DNA of 64,000 bases from Candidatus Omnitrophota bacterium (GCA_018817585.1 JAHITE010000125.1:12580-76579), one strand, 5' to 3'; shown: positions 9,960 through 20,477, counted from the first letter of the stretch. Notes: generated from the letters alone by a model not told the origin. Made by a program: numbers and translations.

Positions 9960-11036
9960 ATGTTGACCATGGAGTACTTGCTTAAGCTGATTGTGGATAA
10001 AGGCGCGTCAGATCTGCATCTTACAGTAGGGATTCCGCCGCAGCTGCGTATCGGAGGGCAATTAACTTATACAACCAGCGAGCTTATAGATCCGGAAACA
10101 TTGAGAAAGCTGGCATATAGCCTTTTGACCAGTGATCAGATCGCATGGTTTGAGCAGAAAAAAGAGCTTGATTTTTCCTGCGGTTTAGAAGGAGTCAGCC
10201 GGTTTAGGATAAACTTATATTATCAGCGGGGATCGATTGCCATGGCCGCGAGGGTTATTCCGTTTATTATTCCGACAATTGAACAGCTGGGATTGCCGGA
10301 AATAGTTAAAGAATACGCGGATAAACCAAATGGATTAGTTCTGCTTACCGGAGCAACCGGCAGTGGTAAATCAACTACTCAGGCCGCGATCATTGATTAT
10401 ATTAATAAGCGGAGAAGAGCGCATATAATTTCAGTTGAAGACCCGATTGAGTATTTGCACAAGCACCAGCTTTGTACAATTAATCAGCGTCAGCTGGGCA
10501 CAGATACGCTTTCTTTTGCCGAGGCTTTAAAGCATGTATTGCGCCAGGATCCGGATATAGTGGTTATTGGTGAAATGCGGGATCTTGAGACAATTCAGGC
10601 AGCTTTGACTTTAGCGGAAACAGGGCATTTGGTTTTTGCCACACTGCATACCAGCAGCGCGGTTAATTCAATTACCCGAATAGTTGATGTGTTTCCGGCG
10701 CATCAGCAGCAGCAAATCCGCGTGCAGCTTTCATTGGTATTAGTCGGAGTTTTGGTTCAGCGATTGATCCCCAATGCTGTGGGCGAAGGCAGGTCCTTAG
10801 CAATGGAGATTATGACCATGATCTCGGGGATACAGAATCTGATCCGAGAAAATCAAGTGCATCAGATATATTCGCTGATTCAAACCGGCAGACGTTTTGG
10901 GATGAGAACAATGAATCAGGCATTGTGTGATTTAGTGACAAGCAATAAGATAACTTTTGGCGAGGCTTTAAAACAAACTGCGGACGAGCAGGAATTAAAT
11001 TCATTAGTTCAAAAACAAAATAATAAAAACATGTAA
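9960..11036 (+). CDS. pilT: Type IV pilus retraction ATPase PilT family
   Basis: ASDLHL, GATGSGKST, EDPIE, LRQDPD, GEMRD, TLHT, NLIRE. Confidence 0.92.
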   Translation: MLTMEYLLKLIVDKGASDLHLTVGIPPQLRIGGQLTYTTSELIDPETLRKLAYSLLTSDQIAWFEQKKELDFSCGLEGVSRFRINLYYQRGSIAMAARVIPFIIPTIEQLGLPEIVKEYADKPNGLVLLTGATGSGKSTTQAAIIDYINKRRRAHIISVEDPIEYLHKHQLCTINQRQLGTDTLSFAEALKHVLRQDPDIVVIGEMRDLETIQAALTLAETGHLVFATLHTSSAVNSITRIVDVFPAHQQQQIRVQLSLVLVGVLVQRLIPNAVGEGRSLAMEIMTMISGIQNLIRENQVHQIYSLIQTGRRFGMRTMNQALCDLVTSNKITFGEALKQTADEQELNSLVQKQNNKNM

Positions 11037-11051
11037 GAAAGGAAGATTATT

Positions 11052-12053
11052 ATGGCAAAGATGTATTATGATGATGACGCGGATTTAAAATTACTTAAAG
11101 GAAAAACTATTGGAATTATTGGTTATGGCAGCCAGGGGCATGCTCAGGCGCAGAATTTAAGAGATTCGGGATTAACAGTTATTGTTTCGGAAATGCCGGG
11201 GACGAAAAACTATGAATTAGCAAAATCACATGGTTTCAAACCAATGACCGCTGCTGAGCTTACTAAAAAAGCTGATATTATTCAGATTTTAGTGCCTGAT
11301 GAATATCAGGGAGAGCTTTATGAAAAAGAGATAAAACCCAATTTAACAGCAGGTAAAGCAATTATGTTTTCGCATGGGTTTAATATTCATTTTAAACATA
11401 TCATTCCGAATAAAGATATTGATGTATTTATGATCGCGCCAAAAGGCCCAGGCCATTTAGTGCGCAGTGAATATGAAAAAGGCGGCGGAGTTCCTTGCTT
11501 AATCGCTGTGTTTCAGGATGCAAGCGGAAAAACAAAAGAAATTGCTTTAGCTTATGGTAAAGGTGTTGGCGGAACCCGCGGCGGGATTATTGAAACAACT
11601 TTTGAAGAAGAAACCGAGACAGATCTTTTTGGTGAGCAGGTTGTTTTATGCGGCGGAGCATCAGAGCTGGTGAAAAAAGGTTTTGAAACTTTAATTGAAG
11701 CTGGTTATCAGCCGGAGATTGCTTATTTCGAATGTTTACATGAGCTTAAATTAATTGTTGATCTTTTTTATCAGGGCGGAATTGATTATATGCGCTATTC
11801 TGTTTCCAATACCGCGGAGTATGGGGATTTGACTCGCGGTAAGAGAATCGTTAATGATAAGACAAAAGAAGAGATGAAAAAGATCCTGACTGAGATCCAG
11901 GATGGTACTTTTGCTAAAGAATGGATCAATGAATGTAAAACAGGCAAAAAGAATTTTAAGCGGATGGAAGAAGAAGAAAAAAATCATCCAATTGAAGTTG
12001 TGGGACGTAAACTAAGAAAAATGATGAAATGGATAGATGCTAAAGAAGTCTAA
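11052..12053 (+). CDS. ilvC: Ketol-acid reductoisomerase
   Basis: [22 protein letters not shown]. Confidence 0.97.
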   Translation: MAKMYYDDDADLKLLKGKTIGIIGYGSQGHAQAQNLRDSGLTVIVSEMPGTKNYELAKSHGFKPMTAAELTKKADIIQILVPDEYQGELYEKEIKPNLTAGKAIMFSHGFNIHFKHIIPNKDIDVFMIAPKGPGHLVRSEYEKGGGVPCLIAVFQDASGKTKEIALAYGKGVGGTRGGIIETTFEEETETDLFGEQVVLCGGASELVKKGFETLIEAGYQPEIAYFECLHELKLIVDLFYQGGIDYMRYSVSNTAEYGDLTRGKRIVNDKTKEEMKKILTEIQDGTFAKEWINECKTGKKNFKRMEEEEKNHPIEVVGRKLRKMMKWIDAKEV

Positions 12054-12113
12054 GCTGACTTTTAGATAATCGGGAAGGATACAGTTTAGAACATATAGAT
12101 GCGGAGAAAGAAA

Positions 12114-13649
12114 ATGGAAAAGAAAATAAAGATATTTGATACAACGCTAAGAGATGGCGAACAAGCTCCGGGTGCTAGTTTGAGTGATCAGGAAAAACTG
12201 GAAGTCGCGCAGCAGCTTGTCCGTTTAGGTGTTGATATTATTGAAGCAGGTTTTCCGATTTCCTCTCCGGGTGATTTTGATAGTGTGCGGCAGATTGCCC
12301 GGCAGGTAAAAGGAGCAACTATTTGCGGCTTAGCAAGATCATTAAACAAAGATATTGAAGCCGCGGCAATGGCGCTTAAACCGGCAAAAAGAAAACGGAT
12401 TCATGTTTTTCTGGCTACTTCCAAAATTCATATGAAGTACAAATTGAAAAAAGCAGAAAGTGAAATTCTGAAGATAGCAGAAGCAGCGGTTAAATACGCT
12501 GGCAAATTTACTGATGATATTCAGTTTTCACCGGAAGACGCGTCGCGCACTGAAAAAGATTTTCTTTTTCGGGTTATTGAAAAAGTAATCAAAGCAGGGG
12601 CAACCACAGTGAATATTCCGGATACCGTTGGCTTTGCCCAGCCGGATGAATTTGGACGGCTGATCCATGATATTTGCAATAAAGTTTCAAATATAAACAA
12701 GGCAATTATTGCGGTGCATTGTCATAATGATCTTGGCTTGGCTGTGGCTAATTCTCTGGCAGCAATTAAAAATGGTGCTGGACAGATTGAATGTACGATT
12801 AATGGCATAGGCGAGCGCGCTGGTAATGCTGCCTTGGAAGAAATTGTTCTGAGCCTGATTACCCGGAAAGATCATTTTAAAAATATGCATTGCGGAATTA
12901 AAACCAAGGAGATTTATAAAACCAGCAGATTGGTCAGCAAGCTGACTGGTTTTGTCGTAGCGCCTAATAAGGCGATTGTTGGCGGTAATGCTTTTCGCCA
13001 TGAATCCGGTATTCATCAAGACGGTGTACTGAAAAAACGTCAGACTTATGAAATTATCAGCCCTGAGACTGTAGGATTTTACGGGGAAGGTCTGGTCATG
13101 GGTAAACATTCCGGACGACATGCTTTGTCTAATCGGCTGGAGCGGCTTGGGTTTAAACTGAATAAAAAACAGCTGGATATCGCGTTTAGCCGGTTTAAAG
13201 ATCTTGCGGATAAGAAAAAAGAAGTATTTGAAGAAGATCTTATCGCGATTGTTGAAGAACAGTCAAAAGAATTTGAGCAGGTCTGGAGTTTAGAGGCGCT
13301 TGAGTTTTTTGGCGGTATAAATGTTCAGCCAAAAGCAACAGTTAAATTGAAAAACAAGAAAGCTGTTTTTAGCGCGACCTCTGAAGGGGATGGTCCGGTT
13401 GATGCTTGCTATAAAGCAATTGAAAAAATAATCAAGCTTAAAGCCGGATTACTTGATTATTCAATCCAGGCTGTTACGCGGGGAAAAGATGCTTTAGGTG
13501 AGGTTAATGTAAAACTTCTGATAAATAAGGAAGAAATTTCCGGCAGAGGCGCAAGTACTGATATTATCGAAGCATCAGCCAAAGCATATCTCAATGCTGT
13601 AAACAGAGTTTTATTTAAAAAAGAAAAGTCTAAAAAAGTACGTTTGTAA
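12114..13649 (+). CDS. leuA: 2-isopropylmalate synthase
   Basis: [29 protein letters not shown] and C-terminal regulatory domain. Confidence 0.95.
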   Translation: MEKKIKIFDTTLRDGEQAPGASLSDQEKLEVAQQLVRLGVDIIEAGFPISSPGDFDSVRQIARQVKGATICGLARSLNKDIEAAAMALKPAKRKRIHVFLATSKIHMKYKLKKAESEILKIAEAAVKYAGKFTDDIQFSPEDASRTEKDFLFRVIEKVIKAGATTVNIPDTVGFAQPDEFGRLIHDICNKVSNINKAIIAVHCHNDLGLAVANSLAAIKNGAGQIECTINGIGERAGNAALEEIVLSLITRKDHFKNMHCGIKTKEIYKTSRLVSKLTGFVVAPNKAIVGGNAFRHESGIHQDGVLKKRQTYEIISPETVGFYGEGLVMGKHSGRHALSNRLERLGFKLNKKQLDIAFSRFKDLADKKKEVFEEDLIAIVEEQSKEFEQVWSLEALEFFGGINVQPKATVKLKNKKAVFSATSEGDGPVDACYKAIEKIIKLKAGLLDYSIQAVTRGKDALGEVNVKLLINKEEISGRGASTDIIEASAKAYLNAVNRVLFKKEKSKKVRL

Positions 13650-13668
13650 TTTGTAAATAATAAGGATT

Positions 13669-13791
13669 CCGAAAATATCTGCTAGGCCGCAGCTATTTCG
13701 GACTAAATTCGAGCAGGCTGACTTGACGTCGTGAAAAACACTCCGTAAGTCAGGCTCTCATTTAAAGCGCCGTTCAAAGATAAATTTTACC
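13669..13791 (-). repeat. Diverged relative of the ~122-nt structured repeat
   Basis: The minus strand starts GGTAAAATTTATCTTTGAACGGCGCTTT versus repeat GGCAAAAATTCTCTTTGAGCGGCGCTTT; internal hairpin CTGACTT/AAGTCAG. Confidence 0.55.
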
Positions 13792-13829
13792 TTAAAGTTT
13801 GTTAAAGTCAGGATGCAAAGTTAAGAGGG

Positions 13830-13949
13830 CTAGAATAATCATTTTAGCGGGTTTGAAGCCTGATTTTGATAGGACTGGCAAAATCAGAGATTTATCCTCG
13901 GAGTCCCGCAGGATGCGGGACGAGAATGAGCAGAAATGATTGATTCTAG
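13830..13949. repeat. Multi-branched hairpin element
   Basis: CTAGAATAATCATTT/AAATGATTGATTCTAG closing stem around CTGATTTTG/CAAAATCAG and GTCCCGCA/TGCGGGAC hairpins. Confidence 0.65.
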
Positions 13950-14010
13950 ACCGTCGTTGACTAGCTGGGTACAAGATGACAGTGTGAATAATTTTAAAAG
14001 AGAGTAGCGC

Positions 14011-14904
14011 ATGATAAGTAAACAGAAAATTTATGGTCTTATCGGTTATCCGGTAAAACACAGTTTTTCAGCGGCAATGCATAATGCCGCTTTTTCTCAT
14101 TTAGGCATGGATAAAGAATGTAAATATACATTGTTTGAAATAAAACCTGATGATTTAGAGTCGTTTTTACTTGAGAGAACAGATCTTGCTGGTTTTAATA
14201 TTACTATTCCCCATAAAGTAAAAGCCAAAGAAATTTTAGAAGATAACTTTGAAAATGCATCTGCGACTCCGGATTTTGCTACACTAGTTGGGGCAGTTAA
14301 TACTGTTGGCAGAAATGATGATGGAAGTATCTGGTGGTCTAATACAGACGCCCCTGGTTTTTTAAAGGCATTAGATTGTGATTTAGGATTTAAAAAAGCT
14401 GAACAGCGCGATGCTTTAGTTTTTGGCTGCGGAGGTGCTGGTAGAGCAGTATTATCAGGCTTAAGCTGGAAAGGTTTGGTTAGAAATATATTTATTTATG
14501 AGCTAAGCTCTGAAAATCAGCAAGCAGTTAAAGATTACTATTCTAATATTCCTAAAGTTTGGGATAAACTAAGATTTATAACCAAAGAAGAAATAGCTGA
14601 AAAAATAAAAACATGTTCATTACTTGTTAATACCACTCCGGTGGGGATGAAGGATGATAATGTTAGGCTAATTGATAAAAAACTTTTACACGCGGATTTA
14701 TCAGTTTATGATGTCGTGTATAATCGAGAAACTCAGTTGATAAAAGATGCAAAAGCAAAAGGATTGAAAGCGGTTGGCGGTTTAGGGATGCTTTTATATC
14801 AGGGTGCTTTGGCTTTTCAACGTTGGACTGGAGTGAATGGAGATCAGGTTGTTGATATCATGCGACAGGCTTTAGAAGGAGAACTGGAAAAATGCCGGAT
14901 TTGA
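14011..14904 (+). CDS. aroE: Shikimate dehydrogenase
   Basis: GYPVKHS, NITIPHK, GAVNT, NTD, GCGGAG, GMLLYQG. Confidence 0.95.
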   Translation: MISKQKIYGLIGYPVKHSFSAAMHNAAFSHLGMDKECKYTLFEIKPDDLESFLLERTDLAGFNITIPHKVKAKEILEDNFENASATPDFATLVGAVNTVGRNDDGSIWWSNTDAPGFLKALDCDLGFKKAEQRDALVFGCGGAGRAVLSGLSWKGLVRNIFIYELSSENQQAVKDYYSNIPKVWDKLRFITKEEIAEKIKTCSLLVNTTPVGMKDDNVRLIDKKLLHADLSVYDVVYNRETQLIKDAKAKGLKAVGGLGMLLYQGALAFQRWTGVNGDQVVDIMRQALEGELEKCRI

Positions 14905-15902
14905 TTATAAAAAGTATGATTGTTCTTTTTGGTTGTTTGATTGGCAGTTTTCTTAATGTCTGTATCTACCGGATGCCGCGTTCCGGGAAAGTTACATTGG
15001 ATGAATTTCTGAAAATATCCGGCAGTAAGGAACATGCAGATAAGCTGTGGGAAGATTTGATAAACAGCGGATATATTGATGAAGATGGCTATGTGGAGAA
15101 AAAGTTTAAAAAGCTGCGAAAAAAGGCGGAAGTGGCAAAGTTTGAATTAACCGGGTCATATGAAAAAAGTAAAAAACAGGTTTTTAAGATTTTAGATGAG
15201 TCTTGTGAATTATCGATTGATAAGCCCCGCCGTTCTTTTTGTCCTAATTGTCATAAACAGGTGCTTTGGTATGATAATGTTCCGCTTTTAAGTTATTTAT
15301 CCTTAGGAGGTAAATGCCGTTTTTGCAAAAAACCGATTCCTTTTCGTTATTTTTTTGTGGAGTTTATTACTGCCAGCCTTTTATTGGTATTATATAGTTT
15401 TTTTGGATTATCAGTTCAATTTTTTACTTATGGAGTTTTAACTTGCGCTTTGATTGTCTCGACATTTGTTGATTTTGATTTTTACATTATTCCTGATGAA
15501 ATAACTTTAGGCGGTTTGGTTGTGGGCATAATTTTGTCTTTAATTTTTCCGCAGCTGCACAATGTTTCTACTTGGAGTGCTTCACTTGTTCAGTGTTTGC
15601 TCGGCATTTTTGCCGGCGGAGGCAGTATTTATTTGATTGGACGTTTTGGGGAGATTATTTTTAAAAAAGAGAGCATGGGCGGAGGAGATGTGAAATTTCT
15701 GGCCATGATCGGCTCAGTACTGGGTTGGCAAATGGCATTATTAATTTTTTTTCTAGCTCCTTTTTTTGGAGCAGCAGTGGGAATTTTTGCTAAACTTACC
15801 AAGGGCGCGGAAATAATTCCTTATGGTCCATATTTGTCATTAGCGACATTTTTAGTTATTTTATGGGGTCACAATATGCTGAAATTTTTATTCTATTTTT
15901 AA
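14892..15902 (+). CDS. pilD: Prepilin peptidase (A24) with ~75-aa insertion
   Basis: GSFLNVCIYRMP, CPNC/CRFC Zn motifs, catalytic Asp in FVDFD and GGGDVK, IPYGPYL. Confidence 0.92.
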   Translation: MPDLIIKSMIVLFGCLIGSFLNVCIYRMPRSGKVTLDEFLKISGSKEHADKLWEDLINSGYIDEDGYVEKKFKKLRKKAEVAKFELTGSYEKSKKQVFKILDESCELSIDKPRRSFCPNCHKQVLWYDNVPLLSYLSLGGKCRFCKKPIPFRYFFVEFITASLLLVLYSFFGLSVQFFTYGVLTCALIVSTFVDFDFYIIPDEITLGGLVVGIILSLIFPQLHNVSTWSASLVQCLLGIFAGGGSIYLIGRFGEIIFKKESMGGGDVKFLAMIGSVLGWQMALLIFFLAPFFGAAVGIFAKLTKGAEIIPYGPYLSLATFLVILWGHNMLKFLFYF

Positions 15903-15940
15903 TTTATTTAATGGGTTAAAAATAAAAAGAGGAGCAGGTT

Positions 15941-16966
15941 ATGTTACGTTTTATGAGTGCCGGAGAATCACATGGGGAATGCATGGTCGCGATTATTGAA
16001 GGTCTTCCCGCGGGTTTATATATTGATGAAAATATTATTAATCAGGATTTATTTCGCCGTCAGCAGGGGTATGGGCGCGGCGGGAGAATGCAGATCGAAA
16101 GAGATACGGTTAAAATTCTTACAGGATTAAAAGCAAAAAAAACATTAGGCAGTCCGATTACTTTGATGATAAAGAATAAGGATTTTAAAATCAATGAATT
16201 GCCGGCGATTACTCAACCGCGGCCTGGGCACGCGGATTTAAGCGGAGCGATAAAATACGGTTTTTCGGATATGCGTTGTGTTTTAGAACGCGCTTCAGCA
16301 AGGGAAACAGTTGTTCGGGTCGCGGCCGGAGCAATCGCTAAAATATTTCTCAGTGAATTTGGAATAAAAATTTCCAGTAAAGTAATAAGTGTTGGCGGTC
16401 AGACAAATAGCAAAAAGATAAAAGAAAAAATTGATTTTGCCAGAAATAAAAAAGATACTTTGGGCGGAATTTTTGAAGTCGCGGTAATGAATGTCCCGGC
16501 AGGACTAGGTAGTTATGTGCATTATGATCGAAGGCTTGACGCCCGGCTGGCTTTAGCGCTCATGTCTATTCCAGCGATTAAGGCAGTTGAATTCGGCATG
16601 GGGTTTGAAGCAGCTAATAAATTAGGTTCTCAAGTCCATGATCAGATAAGTTATTCCTTGAAAAAAGGTTTTTTCAGACTGACAAATAATGCCGGCGGGC
16701 TGGAAGGCGGGATGAGCAATGCCCAGACAATAATCGCGCGCTGCGGGATGAAGCCGATCGCGACATTGGGAAATCCTTTAAAAACAATCGATTTTAAAAC
16801 TAAAAAACCGGTTAAAGCTTCTGTACAGCGCTCGGATATCTCCGCGGTTGAGGCCGCGGGAGTTATTGGCGAATCAATGAGCGCTTTGGTTATTGCGGAT
16901 GCGTTTATGGAAAGATTCGGAAGTGATGATCTGCGTAGAATTAAAAAGGCTTTTAAGCTTAAATAA
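15941..16966 (+). CDS. aroC: Chorismate synthase
   Basis: AGESHG, RPGHAD, ERASARET, NNAGGLEGG, MKPI. Confidence 0.97.
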   Translation: MLRFMSAGESHGECMVAIIEGLPAGLYIDENIINQDLFRRQQGYGRGGRMQIERDTVKILTGLKAKKTLGSPITLMIKNKDFKINELPAITQPRPGHADLSGAIKYGFSDMRCVLERASARETVVRVAAGAIAKIFLSEFGIKISSKVISVGGQTNSKKIKEKIDFARNKKDTLGGIFEVAVMNVPAGLGSYVHYDRRLDARLALALMSIPAIKAVEFGMGFEAANKLGSQVHDQISYSLKKGFFRLTNNAGGLEGGMSNAQTIIARCGMKPIATLGNPLKTIDFKTKKPVKASVQRSDISAVEAAGVIGESMSALVIADAFMERFGSDDLRRIKKAFKLK

Positions 16967-16968
16967 AA

Positions 16969-17502
16969 ATGGGACAGATATTTAAGCAGGAAAAAGTAAA
17001 ATTAATTATTGGGCTTATAGCTCGCCAGGAGAATTTAGAGATTACTCAGAAAAGGCTAGTAAAGGTTTTTGGAAAAGTTGATTATGCAAGTGAAGTTTTT
17101 GATTTTGATTCTACCCGATATTACGTAAAGGAAATGGGCTCAGAGCTTAAGCGCCAATTCATTGGTTTTGTTCGCTTGATTCATCCCGAAACGCTTCCAG
17201 CTATAAAATTAACAACCAATAAAATCGAGGATAAATATTTTACCGTTGAGAGTAAAAGGTTGGTAAATATTGATCCAGGATATCTTTCAATTTCAAAATT
17301 GGTATTAGCAACAACAAAGGATCATCAGCATAGAATTTATCTGAATAAAGGAATTTTTGCTGAAGTTACTTTGCGTTATCGGGATAAAACTTTCCGCGCA
17401 TGGCCTTGGACCTACGCGGATTATTGCAAACCAGAATATATTAGTATTTTTAATCTTATGCGCAATCAGCTGCTTAGCCAGAGGAATAAAACTCGTGTTT
17501 GA
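16969..17502 (+). CDS. DUF4416-like protein
   Basis: YYVKEMG, RLVNIDPGY, LATTKD..HRIYL, WTYADY pattern. Confidence 0.8.
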   Translation: MGQIFKQEKVKLIIGLIARQENLEITQKRLVKVFGKVDYASEVFDFDSTRYYVKEMGSELKRQFIGFVRLIHPETLPAIKLTTNKIEDKYFTVESKRLVNIDPGYLSISKLVLATTKDHQHRIYLNKGIFAEVTLRYRDKTFRAWPWTYADYCKPEYISIFNLMRNQLLSQRNKTRV

Positions 17503-18586
17503 TGTTTTGATTGAAAAGTTTAATGTAAATAAAAAAACAATTTTTATCGCGCTGGATACTGCCAGCGTGTTTATTTATCTTTTTATTATGGCTTATAGTT
17601 TTTCGCGTCCTTTGCGTGTATGGGTTAATCTTCTGACTGGAAACTCGATTATTGTAATAACAATATATTTTTCTTTGTTTTATGCTTTGTATTTTATTTT
17701 TGCTTTGCCTTTGAAATATTATCAGGGATTATCTTATGTTCGAGAACATGGTTTTTATGATTGGCTGCGGACAGTATTTAAAAAAGAAGTTATTGTTTTT
17801 TTTATTATGTTTTTTGTTATCCAGTTTATTTATTTTTTTCTAGAGACTGAGGTGTTGTGGTGGTGGCTGCCAGTGTCTTTTTTGTGTATTGTTTCGCGTT
17901 ATGCTTGGGAGTTTGCCCCAAAGTACTTAGCTTCATTTCTTTTTAGGCTTAAAGCTTTGGCTCCTTCAGAATTTAAGCAGCGGCTTATTGAATTAGCGGT
18001 TAGGGGCAATATAGAAGTTACTGATGTTTTTTCGTTTGCTAATGCTAAATTTGAAGTCGCTTTTCTAGGCCAAGGGCCAGGGCGAAAATTAATTCTTAAT
18101 GAAAAAATTATGGATTACGCGCCTGAAGAAATAGAAATTCTTGTTGCGCGGGAAGCAGCAGAACATTATTATAGGCATATGCGCTATAAATTAATTCTGG
18201 AAGCATTAGTTATTCTGCTTTCTTTTTTTATGGTTAATCTCGCGTTTAAACCCACGGCAGATTATTTTGGATTTGAATTTACATTTAACATTGAAACTTT
18301 ACCTGTTTTGATCGGGCTTTTTTTTATCGCATTTATGCTAATGTCTTTGATTCGAAATCATTATTCGCGTTTTATGGATAAGCAAGTAGATATTTACGCG
18401 CTCAAGGCAACACAGGCTCCGGCTGCTTTTATTTCTTTGCTTTTTCGGCAAAAGGAGGCTGAAAATAAATATGAACAGGATTATTTTTTAAACCAAATTT
18501 TAAATGGCAGGATCTCGGAAACTGAGAGGATTACTTTTGCTCAGGACTATGCGCAGGGAATGCTGTTAAAAGAAAAAGGTAAATAA
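17495..18586 (+). CDS. M48/Ste24-like membrane protein with degenerate zinc motif
   Basis: Ste24-like topology and EIEILVAREAAEH where HEXXH is expected; GTG start at 17495 has GAGGA SD and avoids a long overlap. Confidence 0.65.
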   Translation: MFDVLIEKFNVNKKTIFIALDTASVFIYLFIMAYSFSRPLRVWVNLLTGNSIIVITIYFSLFYALYFIFALPLKYYQGLSYVREHGFYDWLRTVFKKEVIVFFIMFFVIQFIYFFLETEVLWWWLPVSFLCIVSRYAWEFAPKYLASFLFRLKALAPSEFKQRLIELAVRGNIEVTDVFSFANAKFEVAFLGQGPGRKLILNEKIMDYAPEEIEILVAREAAEHYYRHMRYKLILEALVILLSFFMVNLAFKPTADYFGFEFTFNIETLPVLIGLFFIAFMLMSLIRNHYSRFMDKQVDIYALKATQAPAAFISLLFRQKEAENKYEQDYFLNQILNGRISETERITFAQDYAQGMLLKEKGK

Positions 18587-18589
18587 AAA

Positions 18590-19078
18590 ATGATTATGGT
18601 AAGCGCTTGTTTGGCTGGTACTAAATGCCGATATAATGGGCAGGATCGCGCGAATAATATAATTGTCGAGTTGAAAAGTAAAGACAAGGTAGTTGAGGTT
18701 TGCCCGGAAATAATCGCGGGATTTTCAACTCCCCGACTGCCTTGTGAGATAGTTGGCGGTACTGGTGTCGATGTTATTAACGGTCAGGCAATAGTGGTGA
18801 ATAATTTGGGCGAGGATATTACTCAGTTAATAGTGAAGGGTTGTTATCAGGCTTTAGAATCAGCTAAAAATAATAAGATTAAACTCGCGGTAATGAAATC
18901 AAAAAGCGTTTGCTGCGGAGCCGGACAAATATATGACGGCACTTTTTCCCGGCGGCTGATACCCGGGGACGGAATCCTGACCGTGCTTTTAAAACAACAA
19001 GGGATAAAAGTCTTGAACAGTGAACAGTTTTCTTTTGTGGAACAGCTTAAAAAAAATAAAAATATTTCATTGGGATAA
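18590..19078 (+). CDS. DUF523 family protein
   Basis: VSACL.G..CRYNG, VCPE, KSVCCG, IYDGTF. Confidence 0.88.
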   Translation: MIMVSACLAGTKCRYNGQDRANNIIVELKSKDKVVEVCPEIIAGFSTPRLPCEIVGGTGVDVINGQAIVVNNLGEDITQLIVKGCYQALESAKNNKIKLAVMKSKSVCCGAGQIYDGTFSRRLIPGDGILTVLLKQQGIKVLNSEQFSFVEQLKKNKNISLG

Positions 19079-19080
19079 AT

Positions 19081-20295
19081 ATGGATTTTAATTTAACAGA
19101 ATTTATTATAAAAAAAGCAAATCTCGCAGGCAAAGACGATAAAGATTTTTCCGTACGCGCGCGTTTCGGTTATTTGGAGGGCTGGATCAGTCTGGTGGTG
19201 AACTTTTTTATTTTTGCGCTTAAGTTTAGCATGGGAATGATCAGCGGCAGTATCAGTATTATTGCTGACGCGGTTCACACGATTTCCGATGTAGCGACTT
19301 CCGCGGTTGTGATCTGGGGATTTAAAATCGCTCAAAAACCAGCGGATAAAGACCATCCTTTTGGCCATGGACGGATGGAGGATATTGCTACTTTGATCAT
19401 TGCCGTTGTCTTGACTTTGGTTGGGCTTGAACTGTTGCATGGCGCGGTTTTAAGAATGTTTAAACCAGTCGCGGTTGCGGCAAATCCGTTATTTATAATT
19501 TTTCTAAGTATTACGGTAGTGATCAAAGAATGGTTAGCTAGATTTTCCTTTTATCTGGGACAAAAAATCAAATCGAAAACTTTAGCTGCTGATGCTTGGC
19601 ATCATCGCAGTGACGCGATTTCAACATTACTGGTAATTGTCGCGGTTTCTGGGGCAATGTTCAGGTTATTTTGGCTTGATGCCTTTTTTGGAGCAATGGT
19701 TGCTTTATATCTTATGTTTATGGGGATTCAGCTTGTCAGGGATTCGACATTTCATCTTTTAGGCAAAGCAGCCGATCAGGAATTAATTGCCGAGATTAAA
19801 AAAATTGCCTTGTCGGTTACCGGGGTAGAAGGCGTGCATGATATTATTGCCCATGATTATGGTCAGTTGAAAGCTATTTCCCTGCATGTGGAAGTAGACA
19901 TTACTCTGGATTCTGTGCGGGCGCACCAGATAGCTACTTCAGTTGAAACTTTGATCGCGAAAAATATTAAATCAAGTCCGATTGCGCATATTGATTTAAA
20001 ACGGATAACTCAGGAAAAAAAATCAGACGCGGCTAAAATGCTGGATCTGATTTTTAAAAAATATCCTGATGTGATAAATTTTCATAGTTTTGAATTGTTA
20101 AGCAATGAGAGCGGCGATTTTATGAACCTGCATGTTGTTATTTCCAAGTCGATGAACGTAGATCAGGCGCATAATTTAGAACACCAATTGCGGGAATCAT
20201 TGAATAGCGGTTTTAAACACAGAATAATTAATATACATATTGAACCTTGTGATTCAAAATGCGCGGTATGCCCATTGACGTGTAAAGATATTTAA
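19081..20295 (+). CDS. Cation diffusion facilitator with duplicated C-terminal domain
   Basis: ADAVHTISD, HPFGHGR, DAWHHRSD; two ZT-dimer-like domains; Cys-rich tail. Confidence 0.92.
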   Translation: MDFNLTEFIIKKANLAGKDDKDFSVRARFGYLEGWISLVVNFFIFALKFSMGMISGSISIIADAVHTISDVATSAVVIWGFKIAQKPADKDHPFGHGRMEDIATLIIAVVLTLVGLELLHGAVLRMFKPVAVAANPLFIIFLSITVVIKEWLARFSFYLGQKIKSKTLAADAWHHRSDAISTLLVIVAVSGAMFRLFWLDAFFGAMVALYLMFMGIQLVRDSTFHLLGKAADQELIAEIKKIALSVTGVEGVHDIIAHDYGQLKAISLHVEVDITLDSVRAHQIATSVETLIAKNIKSSPIAHIDLKRITQEKKSDAAKMLDLIFKKYPDVINFHSFELLSNESGDFMNLHVVISKSMNVDQAHNLEHQLRESLNSGFKHRIINIHIEPCDSKCAVCPLTCKDI

Positions 20296-20298
20296 AAC

Positions 20299-20380
20299 AG
20301 AAGACAGAAAACCGAAGGATGATGGACGATCGCTGCGCTAGGACGAAGGACGAGAAAAGCAGAAGACAGAAGAGGAAGAT
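20299..20380 (+). repeat. Heptamer-period repeat tract, copy 1
   Basis: CAGAAGA/CAGAAAA/GGACGAT/GGACGAA units; core GGACGATCGCTGCGCTAGGACGA (20324-20346) recurs at 45919-45941. Confidence 0.75.
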
Positions 20381-20477
20381 AAAAAATTTCTAAACTCTAC
20401 ATAAACTTAAATGACTAAATACAAAAAATATAAAAAATCGAGTGGAAAGTTATAAAGAACATTATCCGAATTGCTGA

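Noticed and set aside
14982-15206. Intein in PilD
   Set aside because: Too short and lacks the C-terminal HN-C/S/T splice motif.
17357-17494. Upstream TTG start of the M48-like ORF (likewise starts at 33710 and 34285)
   Set aside because: They overlap the upstream genes; better starts exist at 17495, 33755 and 34363.
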